DNA from: an uncultured bacterium
Lineage (GTDB): Bacteria > Patescibacteriota > Minisyncoccia > Phycocordibacterales > GWA1-40-21
Direction of reading: 5' to 3'
Assembly: GCA_903831305.1 (NCBI GenBank)
Contig: CAIKXE010000005.1
Coordinates: 11,288-75,287, forward strand
Length of the DNA: 64,000 nt
The notes under the pieces were generated by a model. It had not been told where the DNA came from. It searched no databases and saw nothing but the letters and a program-made list of their open reading frames with translations. Shown here piece after piece: positions 49,618 through 60,747 of this stretch. A program made the translations under genes and the position numbers. The number at the start of each line of letters is the position of its first letter. Within the stretch, counting starts at the first letter, position 1.

Positions 49618-50319
49618 TTAAATAATATGATTTCCCCCCTTCTTCCACTCGTCAATTTTAGCATGATTACCAGACAGAAGGACAGGTGGAACTTTATATT
49701 TTTTACCTTTATAGACCAGCACTTCAGGCCGAGTATACAGCTCCGAACTTGAAACTCGGCTCTCCTCCAGGGAATTAAAATCACCAAGCACCCCGGGAAT
49801 CTGCCGAGCTAAACAATCCGCCATAATCATGGCTGGCAATTCCCCACCGGTCAGCACAAAAGGACCAATGGAAATATCTTCCGCTTTAAATATCTTTTTT
49901 ACTCGCGCATCTACCCCCTCATACCGACCACAAATAATAATAATATCCGTATACTTCTTCACTGCTTCTTTAGCATAAGCGGTATCAAACTGTTTGCCGG
50001 CGGGACTCAAGAAGATAACTTTGGGCTTTTTGCTCTTCCCTTTTTTCAAGGCTGACTCCACAGCCTTGATCAATGGCAAGGCCTGCATCACCATCCCCGG
50101 GCCTCCACCATAAGGCTTGTCATCCACCCGTAAATAAGGCTTGGCGTCGGCTTTACCCACCTTCGCTCTTCTGGCAGAAGCTTTGGTTGGGCGCGCATAA
50201 TCCCGTGGATTATAAAAAATAAACTTGATCTTTTTCTCCTTTTGCGCCCGCGCCAAAATGGACTCACTGATATATGAGGCAAACATTTCCGGAAATAATG
50301 TAATAATATGAAAATTCAT
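49618..50319 (-). CDS. trmD: tRNA (guanine-N1)-methyltransferase
   Basis: VDDKPYGGGPGM, CGRYEGVD.R, SIG.FVLTGGE, LLSGNH. Confidence 0.97.
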   Translation of the reverse strand: MNFHIITLFPEMFASYISESILARAQKEKKIKFIFYNPRDYARPTKASARRAKVGKADAKPYLRVDDKPYGGGPGMVMQALPLIKAVESALKKGKSKKPKVIFLSPAGKQFDTAYAKEAVKKYTDIIIICGRYEGVDARVKKIFKAEDISIGPFVLTGGELPAMIMADCLARQIPGVLGDFNSLEESRVSSSELYTRPEVLVYKGKKYKVPPVLLSGNHAKIDEWKKGGNHII

Positions 50320-50377
50320 CTGTCACTTGATGTTATAATAAAAACCTCATAATTGCAAAAGCCAGCATGCCGAAAAA

Positions 50378-50842
50378 TTATTTACGATACTTTCTAGAAC
50401 GCCATTTATCGGCGATTTTTACTCGAGTAAGAGAGCGTTCAAGCTCGGATTCAAAGTGTTCAAAATCTACCACTTCCTTGTTCTCGGCTTGCTTTCTCAA
50501 GACTTCAGCCCGAGCCTTGGCTTTTTCTATTTCGGCATCGGTGATAGTAGAGACATGCTCGGCAAAGTCAGCTAGTACTACCACGGTCGTAAGCCCTACA
50601 CCTTTACCAGTATCAGTATCATTCTTTTTAAGTTCCACAAAACCACCGACAATCGCCATGGGGATATATTCCCCATCATTTACCGCCACTATATCACCCG
50701 AGGCAAGAGCCGAAATAAGCGGAATATGATCCGGCAAAATAGTGATCTCCCCGTTTTGGGTGGGCAGGGAGACTTGATCCACCAATTCATCAAGAATCAG
50801 TTTTTCCGGCGTAACGATTTTTAATTGTAGTTTTTTAGCCAT
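50378..50842 (-). CDS. atpC: ATP synthase epsilon subunit
   Basis: IVTPE, GEITILPDH, GGFVE; operon position. Confidence 0.93.
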   Translation of the reverse strand: MAKKLQLKIVTPEKLILDELVDQVSLPTQNGEITILPDHIPLISALASGDIVAVNDGEYIPMAIVGGFVELKKNDTDTGKGVGLTTVVVLADFAEHVSTITDAEIEKAKARAEVLRKQAENKEVVDFEHFESELERSLTRVKIADKWRSRKYRK

Positions 50843-50862
50843 TGGACTTTATGATGACTTTA

Positions 50863-52239
<1,377 letters not shown>

Positions 52240-52248
52240 TTATATTTT

Positions 52249-53172
52249 TTAGCTCACATTGGCCATGCCGGCACTGATCTCAGATATCTCACGCGTGATT
52301 CCGGACTGCCGAGCTTTATTAAAAACTAGAGTGAGATCGTCTATCATCTCCCCCGCCGCGTCACTGGCATTTTTCATAGCGGTCATCCGTGATGATTGTT
52401 CAGAAGCATTGGACTCTAAAATCATCTGATACACCTGCATCCGGACCAGCTTTTCCACTAAAATATTTAATAGCTTATCCGTCTCACCCTCAATCAAATA
52501 TGATGTCTCTACTGAGGATGTACTCTTGGAAACGATAGGGCTATTTAAATTAAGCTCAATCACTTCTTTGACCTCCTCCTTGGTTACGGGCAATACCCGC
52601 CTGATCTCCGGCTTTTGTGTCAAAGCGGAAACAAAGTCCGTAAAGGCAACATAGACCTGGCCATATCTTTCCTCAGAAAATTCTTTAAGCAAATAAGTAG
52701 AAACAGCAACGGTATCTGTGAGGTCAATAGTCTCTGGCATATCCGTAAAGGTACTGACCACGCTTTGCCCGATCCGGCGCATAGCCGTATCACCCTTTTT
52801 ACCCACGGCCACGATATCCACTTCTGTCTTTTGACCAGGCAGGGCCGAAGTGATTTCTCTTTTTAGCCTAGTAATAGTTTTTTTAATTATTTGAGAATTA
52901 TAACCACCACACAAACCACGATTAGAAGTAATCAAAACTAGTAAACACTTACTATTAGAATTTGCGCTGAAAAATTTATTAATAGAATTTTCTAGCCTGG
53001 TAGAAAGAGACTGGAGTATCTCCAAAGAACAAGCCGCGTAAAGCCTGGAAGCCAAAGTCTGCGCGATAGCGCGCTTCATCTTGGAGGCCGCCACCAGCTC
53101 CATGGCCTTGGTAATCTTCTTGGTGCTTTTGACGGACTTTATTCTTCTTTTTATTTCCTTGGTACTCGGCAT
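52249..53172 (-). CDS. atpG: ATP synthase gamma subunit
   Basis: KITKAMELVAASK, RGLCG, NKARQSGITREISEI. Confidence 0.97.
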   Translation of the reverse strand: MPSTKEIKRRIKSVKSTKKITKAMELVAASKMKRAIAQTLASRLYAACSLEILQSLSTRLENSINKFFSANSNSKCLLVLITSNRGLCGGYNSQIIKKTITRLKREITSALPGQKTEVDIVAVGKKGDTAMRRIGQSVVSTFTDMPETIDLTDTVAVSTYLLKEFSEERYGQVYVAFTDFVSALTQKPEIRRVLPVTKEEVKEVIELNLNSPIVSKSTSSVETSYLIEGETDKLLNILVEKLVRMQVYQMILESNASEQSSRMTAMKNASDAAGEMIDDLTLVFNKARQSGITREISEISAGMANVS

Positions 53173-53177
53173 AATAA

Positions 53178-54686
53178 TTATTTATCAGCTAGAAAAGCCA
53201 GCTTGAATTCTTCAATTATCTTCTTTAATTCTGTCTCCCCCGCCTCCGTCCACATCCTGGTTTCTTTTATTTCCTTATAAAAATTTTTAGCATTCTCCGC
53301 AGCGTATTCCTTCAGGCCCTCTTCAAAAAGTTTGATTTTAGGAATTGGCACATTGTCCAAATAACCACGAGTCAAAGCATATAGCACCACCACTTGATCG
53401 ATAATGGCCACCGGCGCATATTGTGGTTGCTTTAAAATCTCCACGGCGCGTTTGCCCCGCTCCAGCTGATTCTTGGTATTTTCATCCAAATCCGAACCAA
53501 ATTGTGAGAAGGCCTCGAGCTCGCGGAATTGCGCCAGGTCAAGCTTCAAGGTTCCCGCCACTTTCTTCATGGCCTTGATCTGGGCGGCTGAACCCACTCG
53601 AGAGACCGAGAGGCCGACGTTTACCGCCGGACGAATTCCTTTATAAAAAAGATCAGTTTCCAAAAATATTTGCCCATCAGTAATAGAAATAACGTTTGTA
53701 GAAATATAAGCCGAGACGTCACCAGACTGGGTTTCAATAATCGGCAAAGCGGTGATGGATCCTCCACCATATTCTTTATTGCGTCGGCACGCTCTCTCCA
53801 GTAATCGAGAGTGAATATAAAATACATCCCCGGGGAAAGCCTCACGACCCGGTGGACGTCTGAGCAAAAGTGATATTTCCCGATACGCTACGGCATGCTT
53901 GGATAAATCATCATAAATGATAAGCACATCCTTACCTTGATCCATAAAATATTCAGCGATTGCCACCCCGGTATAAGGCGCAATATATGACAAAGCGGCA
54001 GACTCTGCTGAACCGGCCGAGACGATGATGGTGTAAGCCATGGCTCCGCCTTCCTCCAGGCGAGTTTGTAACTTACGTAATTTAGAATCCTTTTGGCCGA
54101 TAGAAACATAAATGCAAATCAAATTTTGACCTTTTTGATTTAGAATAGTATCGATCGCAATAGCCGTTTTACCGGTCTGGCGATCACCGATGATAAGCTC
54201 ACGCTGACCACGACCGATGGGGATAAGAGCATCGATTGCCTTGACCCCCGTCTGCACGGACTCGGTCACGGACTGTCTAGTAATAACGCCAGGAGCCACT
54301 TTTTCAATCGGGTTAAATTTATCCGTCATAATCATCCCCCGGCCATCGATCGGCTGACCGAGTGCATTTAACACGCGACCAATCTGCAAATCAGACACCG
54401 GCACAGACAAAATCCGACCAGTGGATTTTACTTCATCCCCTTCATGAATTTTAGAAAAATCACCGAGAATAATCACACCGACTGAGTCCTCATCCAGGTT
54501 CAGCACCACGCCGATTTCACCACCCTTAAAAGTAACCATCTCCGAAACCTTGACTTCCGATAGTCCGGAGAGTTTGGCAATACCGTCAAAAACTTCCAAA
54601 ACATAACCGACTTTTTCCACCACCGCCCCGGCCTGAAAGTTTTCAATCTGACTCTTTAAATTTTCGATAATTGTATTTTTGGTCAT
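53178..54686 (-). CDS. atpA: ATP synthase alpha subunit
   Basis: [20 protein letters not shown]. Confidence 0.98.
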   Translation of the reverse strand: MTKNTIIENLKSQIENFQAGAVVEKVGYVLEVFDGIAKLSGLSEVKVSEMVTFKGGEIGVVLNLDEDSVGVIILGDFSKIHEGDEVKSTGRILSVPVSDLQIGRVLNALGQPIDGRGMIMTDKFNPIEKVAPGVITRQSVTESVQTGVKAIDALIPIGRGQRELIIGDRQTGKTAIAIDTILNQKGQNLICIYVSIGQKDSKLRKLQTRLEEGGAMAYTIIVSAGSAESAALSYIAPYTGVAIAEYFMDQGKDVLIIYDDLSKHAVAYREISLLLRRPPGREAFPGDVFYIHSRLLERACRRNKEYGGGSITALPIIETQSGDVSAYISTNVISITDGQIFLETDLFYKGIRPAVNVGLSVSRVGSAAQIKAMKKVAGTLKLDLAQFRELEAFSQFGSDLDENTKNQLERGKRAVEILKQPQYAPVAIIDQVVVLYALTRGYLDNVPIPKIKLFEEGLKEYAAENAKNFYKEIKETRMWTEAGETELKKIIEEFKLAFLADK

Positions 54687-54694
54687 GATTATGT

Positions 54695-55102
54695 TTAGTT
54701 TGTTAGTAAATAGTTTTGTAGTAGCTTTAGTTTGTTTTTCAAAGTCAGATCAATCACTTCCCCCATCCCCTCAATCTTTAAACCACCAAAAACTTTTTCA
54801 TCAGAAACAATGTCTAGTCGTATCTGTTCAGCTTGATACCGCTTCTTCAATATTTCCTCAAGCTCTTTAATTTTTAGAACAGAAGGGACATCACGATAAG
54901 TAATTTTTACTGGGACTATCTTTTCTTGTTTATTAGCGTAATCAGAAAACATATTTAATATCTTAGCTGACTTGGCTAATAATCTCTTCCGGGCTAAGAA
55001 ACGCACAATATTATTTACTGAAACATCCAGGTCCTTACCGGTCTTACCCTGGGTCAGCACATATATAGTTTCCACGATTCTTTTTAAGGAAAGATTAGTC
55101 AT
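54695..55102 (-). CDS. atpH: ATP synthase delta subunit (short)
   Basis: GGLKI..EVIDLT; operon position. Confidence 0.85.
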   Translation of the reverse strand: MTNLSLKRIVETIYVLTQGKTGKDLDVSVNNIVRFLARKRLLAKSAKILNMFSDYANKQEKIVPVKITYRDVPSVLKIKELEEILKKRYQAEQIRLDIVSDEKVFGGLKIEGMGEVIDLTLKNKLKLLQNYLLTN

Positions 55103-55105
55103 AAA

Positions 55106-55573
55106 TTATAATTTCTTTACGGTACTGTCTGTTGTATCCTCCAGTACTTTTTCGGTGGCCATAATAACCAGCCGGACAATATCATTCTTGGCATCAGCTA
55201 TAATCTTGGCCTTTTCTGCTTCCAAACTCTGCTTACCCTTGCTAATCATAAGGGCCACCTCCTGCTCAGCTTGAGCAAGCATCTCCGTACGTTTGGCTAG
55301 AGCTTCGCTTTTACCCTTCTTAAATAATTCATGAGCCTCAGCTTTGGCTACATTTATAGCTTCAGTATATTCCTGTTGCGTCTTCATAATGATTTCCGCA
55401 TTCGTCTTGGCATCAGAGAGTCCCTTGGTTATCTTTTCCTCCCGGGCGCTCATTATTTTCTTTAAGGGCTTTAAGGCAAAAAGATACAGAACCAAAAATA
55501 CCACCCCAAAGTTTAGCATTTGGGCAATGATTATTTTCCAATCAATATGAAAAGTGGTTATTAATGACTCCAT
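55106..55573 (-). CDS. atpF: ATP synthase b subunit
   Basis: QMLNF..L.LFALKPL..REEKI, then coiled coil. Confidence 0.93.
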   Translation of the reverse strand: MESLITTFHIDWKIIIAQMLNFGVVFLVLYLFALKPLKKIMSAREEKITKGLSDAKTNAEIIMKTQQEYTEAINVAKAEAHELFKKGKSEALAKRTEMLAQAEQEVALMISKGKQSLEAEKAKIIADAKNDIVRLVIMATEKVLEDTTDSTVKKL

Positions 55574-55594
55574 AATTTTTACAACTATGAAAGA

Positions 55595-55831
<237 letters not shown>

Positions 55832-55883
55832 TTAATTAATAATAATTTCGACGATTAATAAATGATGCGCGCATTATAACAAA

Positions 55884-56744
55884 TTAAGTCACCGACCGTA
55901 AACTTGCTTTGTGTTCCGGATGCTTGTGCTCTTCCTCGTGTTCGCCATGATCCTGTGAAGCGATGGTAAAATAAACGAGGATGAGGGTAGAGAAAATAAA
56001 GGCCTGGATAAAGCCCACAAAGATTTCCAAGAATAGAAAAGGAATAGGTATAAGATAAGCAAAGATGGCGCTCATAGACAAAAGCAATACTTCCCCCGCA
56101 AAGACATTACCAAACAGACGGAAAGTAAGTGAGGCCACCTTGGCAAACTCGGCAATAAATTCCAAAACCCCCACAAAGAAGGAAATAGGAGCAACAGCGA
56201 GGACAGTGGGGTCCTTACGAATTTTAGTAAAAATACCGGAAAAAGCATTAAAATTAAAATATTTATTAATAGTCTTCCATAAGCCAATAGTAAATATCCC
56301 AAAAAAGTTTGCCCCCAGGACCGCAATCAGAGCCAAGGCAAAAGTAGTATTTATATCTGCGGTACCACTTCTGATAAGCGGTATAAAGGCGGATTTGCCG
56401 TGCTCGGTCTCCACCAGACCCAAACCACCAAACGGCATTATCCCTAGCCAGTTATTTATTAAAATATAAAAGAAAATCGAAATAGCAAAAGGAAAAACTT
56501 TATTTGTTATCTGCCGATTTCCGGTGATCTGATCACATAGAGTCAGCGCCCCCTCCAATATAATCTCAACCAGATTCTGAAGACCTTTGGGAATTTCCTT
56601 AATCTGCCGTCGTAAAATAAAAACAACCAAAGCCAAAATCAAAACAGTGATCCAACTGGTAAATAAAGCATTTGTCACTGGGAATGACCCAATATGATAT
56701 ATCGGTTCCGCAAAGAGGGTGGCTGTATGGGTTATCTTTTCCAT
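55884..56744 (-). CDS. atpB: ATP synthase a subunit
   Basis: SLTFRLFGNVFAGE, IQAFIF. Confidence 0.96.
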   Translation of the reverse strand: MEKITHTATLFAEPIYHIGSFPVTNALFTSWITVLILALVVFILRRQIKEIPKGLQNLVEIILEGALTLCDQITGNRQITNKVFPFAISIFFYILINNWLGIMPFGGLGLVETEHGKSAFIPLIRSGTADINTTFALALIAVLGANFFGIFTIGLWKTINKYFNFNAFSGIFTKIRKDPTVLAVAPISFFVGVLEFIAEFAKVASLTFRLFGNVFAGEVLLLSMSAIFAYLIPIPFLFLEIFVGFIQAFIFSTLILVYFTIASQDHGEHEEEHKHPEHKASLRSVT

Positions 56745-56745
56745 T

Positions 56746-57027
56746 TCATTTATCTGACTTTTTATCCGTCTTGGCTTCCTGCTCGATCTCTTTCATATAT
56801 TTTTTCAAAATAGTAAAGATTTGAAACATAGATACGATAAAAGACACGCCCACACAAATAAGCAAATACCGTGGGGCGGTAGCGAAACGATAATCTAAAT
56901 ATTTTCCGAGAATAAGCGAGAGAATGATCGGCCAGAGAATCCACCAGGAGACCTTGGAAAAAATCAGGATGGCTGGTTTCCACCACACTTCCACTACTGG
57001 CGACTGATCTGTCCGCTCCTTTTCCAT
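56746..57027 (-). CDS. AtpZ/AtpI-like protein
   Basis: Two TM helices, GKYLDYRF..P; first gene of the atp operon. Confidence 0.8.
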   Translation of the reverse strand: MEKERTDQSPVVEVWWKPAILIFSKVSWWILWPIILSLILGKYLDYRFATAPRYLLICVGVSFIVSMFQIFTILKKYMKEIEQEAKTDKKSDK

Positions 57028-57110
57028 AGCGCTAAATATAGCATATTCCCCGCTGAATAATAATTGACAATTTTATTTGGAGTGACGTAAAACCTAATTC
57101 ATTTTCTCTG

Positions 57111-57454
57111 CGCACATTAAAAAAGCGGCCTTAGAGCCGTTTTTTTAATGTGCGTCGGGTTGAAACATGAGTACATTTCTCGAAGCTTACAGCTTCAGTA
57201 CAGGTTTCCCAAAATTTTGAAATATGAATTTCTAAATTTTATGGGAGAACCTTTTCGAGTCCAACACGTAAGCAGGTAATCCTGCTTACTCCGGCAACAA
57301 AAAAATTGCCTTTCAGCAATTTCTTTTGTGCGGAGTACTGGATAATGTTAGAACTGAGTTGATGAAAAGCAAGGTAATTCCGCATATACCTAATCTATCT
57401 AAATGGGCTCAGAAACAAGGGTTAAATTACCCTACACCACCAAGCACTATATAA
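57111..57454. repeat. junction element copy 1 (hairpin + structured core + ATG-less reading frame)
   Basis: Homologous to 60748-61276; core 57164-57265 aligns ungapped to 60884-60985. Confidence 0.88.
57326..57454 (+). pseudogene. ATG-less conserved reading frame, copy 1 (possible recombinase C-terminal tail)
   Basis: LCGVLDNVRTELMKSKVIPHIPNLSKWAQKQGLNYPTPPSTI*. Confidence 0.55.
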
Positions 57455-57470
57455 TCTAGTCTAACTGATT

Positions 57471-58031
57471 CTATAAGCCAATAATCCCCCTTGCCACCCA
57501 CCCAACAACTAATATACCTACTCCATTAGCGATGAATGATATTAGTAAAAACGTTTTGTCTTTTATTTTTGATAAACCAAGCATCGCCACACCAATCTCA
57601 TCTGGAAAAGGAGAAGCAATAATTAAAGCGGCAATAAACGGAGTAAAGAATATAAATAAACGTGTTTTAAATATAGCAAAAAAACGCTTTGTTTTTTGAA
57701 AGGAAAGTAAGTAATTAATATCCTCTGAAATTCTATCTTTAACAAAACGAAAAATAATATAATCCCCCAAGGCAGCGCCTAAACCACCAATAATAGCTAC
57801 CATAATAAGTGGGGTTGTTTGTACCAAAACTCCAATTAACACAATAGCTGGAGCGGTGGTAAAGAAAGAAGTAAAAAACATTCCAGCAATAAGTATCGTC
57901 AGCCAACTTAAGCCATCAAAGGAATAAATAAATCTCTCAATTATTCCAGTTCTTAATGCTACAAGGGCAATACCAATACTTATTAGTAGGAATATAATGT
58001 CCTGGAATAATTGTTTTTTATTATTTTTCAT
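57471..58031 (-). CDS. membrane protein, DedA/VTT-like
   Basis: FFTTAPA, GGLGAALGDYIIFRF, ASPFPDE; multi-TM. Confidence 0.75.
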   Translation of the reverse strand: MKNNKKQLFQDIIFLLISIGIALVALRTGIIERFIYSFDGLSWLTILIAGMFFTSFFTTAPAIVLIGVLVQTTPLIMVAIIGGLGAALGDYIIFRFVKDRISEDINYLLSFQKTKRFFAIFKTRLFIFFTPFIAALIIASPFPDEIGVAMLGLSKIKDKTFLLISFIANGVGILVVGWVARGIIGL

Positions 58032-58040
58032 TGTTCAATT

Positions 58041-60692
58041 TTATATTTTATTTTGTTTTCTTTTTATAATAATAAATTTGACTGTTTCCATCATAGCAAG
58101 ACAAATAAAACCAACTAAAATAACAGCCACTAACCAAAGTAAGGATAGTGAAACTGTAGACAGTAGTCTCTGTAGCACTGGAATATAAATTGCCATGATC
58201 ATTAATACTATACCAAGAAAAGAACTAATGTTTGTGAATATATTAGAGAAAGGATTATATTCCCAAATACTTTTATCCAGGCTCCTGACGGAGAATATAA
58301 GCATAAGGGTATAAATACCAAAAGATGCAAAAATAAATGTTCTTAATAAATCTTCATTTATTCCCAATTTAAACAAAACATAGTATAAAACAAATAGAAT
58401 TACGCTTGTCATAACTCCAACACCCCAAACCAATAATTTCATACTGCTGTCAAAAATTGAAGCACGGCTAATTTTTCCACGTAAATTTTTTCCATCTTCC
58501 TTTTCATCTTCGTAGGAAAGAGATATCGCTGGTAAACTGTCTGTAATAAAATTTACCCAAAGTATTTGAGCTGCCGTTAGAGGCATAGGTATACCTAATA
58601 TTATAGCCCCACCGATTAAAAGAATCTCATCAAAGAGAGATAGTAGACAAAATACCAAAACCTTTTTAATGTTTTGAAGGATTTTTCTTCCCTCATCTAT
58701 AGCTGAAACAATAGTATTAAAGCTATCATCTAATAATACTAAATCGGAGGCTTCTCGAGCAACTTCTGACCCAGAACCTATAGCAATACCGACGTCAGCC
58801 TGTTTTAAAGCCGGAGCATCATTTACCCCATCACCAGTCATTGCTACTATATAGCCCAGATCCTGAAACATTTTAGTGATTCTAACTTTAGACTGTGGAT
58901 TAATTCTAGAGAATATTTTGATATTACCTAGTCTTGATTTTAATTCTTCATCATCCAACAAATCTAATTCGTGTTGTTCAAGTACAGAATCACTGTCAAT
59001 CTTCATCCCTAATCCCTGAGCTACAGATATAGCTGTGCCAGTATGATCTCCAGTAATAATCACCGTTTTTATTCCATCATCATCTATTTCTTTGATAACC
59101 CCGCCAACATCCTTTCTAACTGGATCTTTAAGTAGAATATTTCCAAGATATTCAAGACCTACTATTGTGTCAATTTTTTTAAAGTCTATTTTTTTATTGG
59201 TTGACGTAACGGCTATTATTCTATAACCAGCGGTGGCATTTTTATGAATATTTTGTAAAATACTTCTCTTTTCATCTTCAGTCATCACTTTTTTACCATT
59301 CCAGTAAAAGGAACTGCACATTCCAATAACGATTTCGGGTGCTCCAATTAGTAATATTCTTTCTTCTCCACCCTCCATAATTCTAACAGCCGAAAATTTA
59401 TTTTTAGAATTAAAGGGTAATTTTTCAATAATTGGTGTATTTTTTCTCAGTTCAAACTCTTTAAGCCCAAAGTTTTCTGCCGCCTCTCTTACTAAGGAGG
59501 TATCCATTGGCTTACCCACAATCTTCCAATCTCTTATTGGGCTGTCAGGATTTTCCACCTGCGCGTCAGTACATAATATTGCATACTTTAATATTGTATT
59601 TTTATAGTCTGTTTCAAATGCAGTATTATCCATAAACGGGATATCAACCCCGACCAAACTCATATTACCCTCAGTTAGAGTACCTGTTTTGTCCGTGAGA
59701 ATTATTGAAGTATCACCCAGTGTTTCAGCAGAAAGTAATTTTCTAACAACTCCTTTTCTTTTTGCTAACTTTTCCACCCCCACAGCCAAGATAACAGTTA
59801 TTGCTATAGTTAAACCTTCAGGAATAGCTGCCACAACCACCGCTACAGACATCATAAACATTTCAAAAACTGAGTAATTATAGTATAAACCTAAAATAAA
59901 AATTGATATTGAAATAATCAATACCCCCCAAGTCAATTTTTTAGAAAAAACATCGATTTTTTTTTGAAGTGGCGTAGCCTCGTCGGTAATACTTGTTAAG
60001 AAGGTAGAAATAATACCAAATTCTGTGCTGGTGCCGGTTGAGGTGATAATGGCCGAACCCAGTCCGTCAGCTATTAGCGTCCCAGAAAATATCATAGATT
60101 TTCTATCACCTAATGAGGACTTTAATTTTGTTTCTCTGGTGTTTTTTTCCACCGGTAAAGATTCCCCAGTCAAAACCGATTCATCAATAATAAGGTTATT
60201 GGAATGAATTATCCTTCCATCAGCTGGGATTTTATCACCACTAGAAAAGTTAATAATATCTCCGGGCACCAATTCCTCTATAAGAATTTCTTTTATGTGG
60301 CCGTTCCGTAAAACTCTAGTTTTCTTTTGCAAGTAATTACTTAGACCACTCAATGCATTCTCGGCTTTATTTTCTTGATAAAAACCAAGAAAAGTATTAA
60401 TCACCACAGCTATGAATATAAAGATAGCGTCATTATAGTCCCTTAAAAATACGGTTGTCACTCCAGCAATAGCTAAGATATAAATTAGAGGACTCTTAAA
60501 TTGCCTCAGAAAAATTTTTAATTTAACAAAGTGTTTCTCTGAAATAATTTTATTTTCTCCAAAAATACTTCTTCTTTCTAAAACATCAGCGTCAGACAGG
60601 CCAGAAGTGGAGGATTTAAGAATCGCAATAGAATCCTCAATTGATATTGTCCAGAATGGTTCTTTTATAGTATTTTCATTTATTTGTGACAT
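58041..60692 (-). CDS. P2-type cation-transporting ATPase (Ca2+-like)
   Basis: LTGES, IPEGL, DKTGTLT, TGD, TGDGVNDAPALK, QILWVNFITD. Likely start MSQINEN, 8 nt after TATACT. Confidence 0.92.
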   Translation of the reverse strand: MSQINENTIKEPFWTISIEDSIAILKSSTSGLSDADVLERRSIFGENKIISEKHFVKLKIFLRQFKSPLIYILAIAGVTTVFLRDYNDAIFIFIAVVINTFLGFYQENKAENALSGLSNYLQKKTRVLRNGHIKEILIEELVPGDIINFSSGDKIPADGRIIHSNNLIIDESVLTGESLPVEKNTRETKLKSSLGDRKSMIFSGTLIADGLGSAIITSTGTSTEFGIISTFLTSITDEATPLQKKIDVFSKKLTWGVLIISISIFILGLYYNYSVFEMFMMSVAVVVAAIPEGLTIAITVILAVGVEKLAKRKGVVRKLLSAETLGDTSIILTDKTGTLTEGNMSLVGVDIPFMDNTAFETDYKNTILKYAILCTDAQVENPDSPIRDWKIVGKPMDTSLVREAAENFGLKEFELRKNTPIIEKLPFNSKNKFSAVRIMEGGEERILLIGAPEIVIGMCSSFYWNGKKVMTEDEKRSILQNIHKNATAGYRIIAVTSTNKKIDFKKIDTIVGLEYLGNILLKDPVRKDVGGVIKEIDDDGIKTVIITGDHTGTAISVAQGLGMKIDSDSVLEQHELDLLDDEELKSRLGNIKIFSRINPQSKVRITKMFQDLGYIVAMTGDGVNDAPALKQADVGIAIGSGSEVAREASDLVLLDDSFNTIVSAIDEGRKILQNIKKVLVFCLLSLFDEILLIGGAIILGIPMPLTAAQILWVNFITDSLPAISLSYEDEKEDGKNLRGKISRASIFDSSMKLLVWGVGVMTSVILFVLYYVLFKLGINEDLLRTFIFASFGIYTLMLIFSVRSLDKSIWEYNPFSNIFTNISSFLGIVLMIMAIYIPVLQRLLSTVSLSLLWLVAVILVGFICLAMMETVKFIIIKRKQNKI

Positions 60693-60747
60693 ACAATATA
60701 AGTATATCACTATTTTTCTAATAATATCAGGTTTCAGAGTCCATTTC

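Noticed and set aside
52825-52860. Possible repeat-derived insertion in atpG (TSALPGQKTE), and similarly in atpC
   Set aside because: Variable loops with no clear palindrome or second copy.
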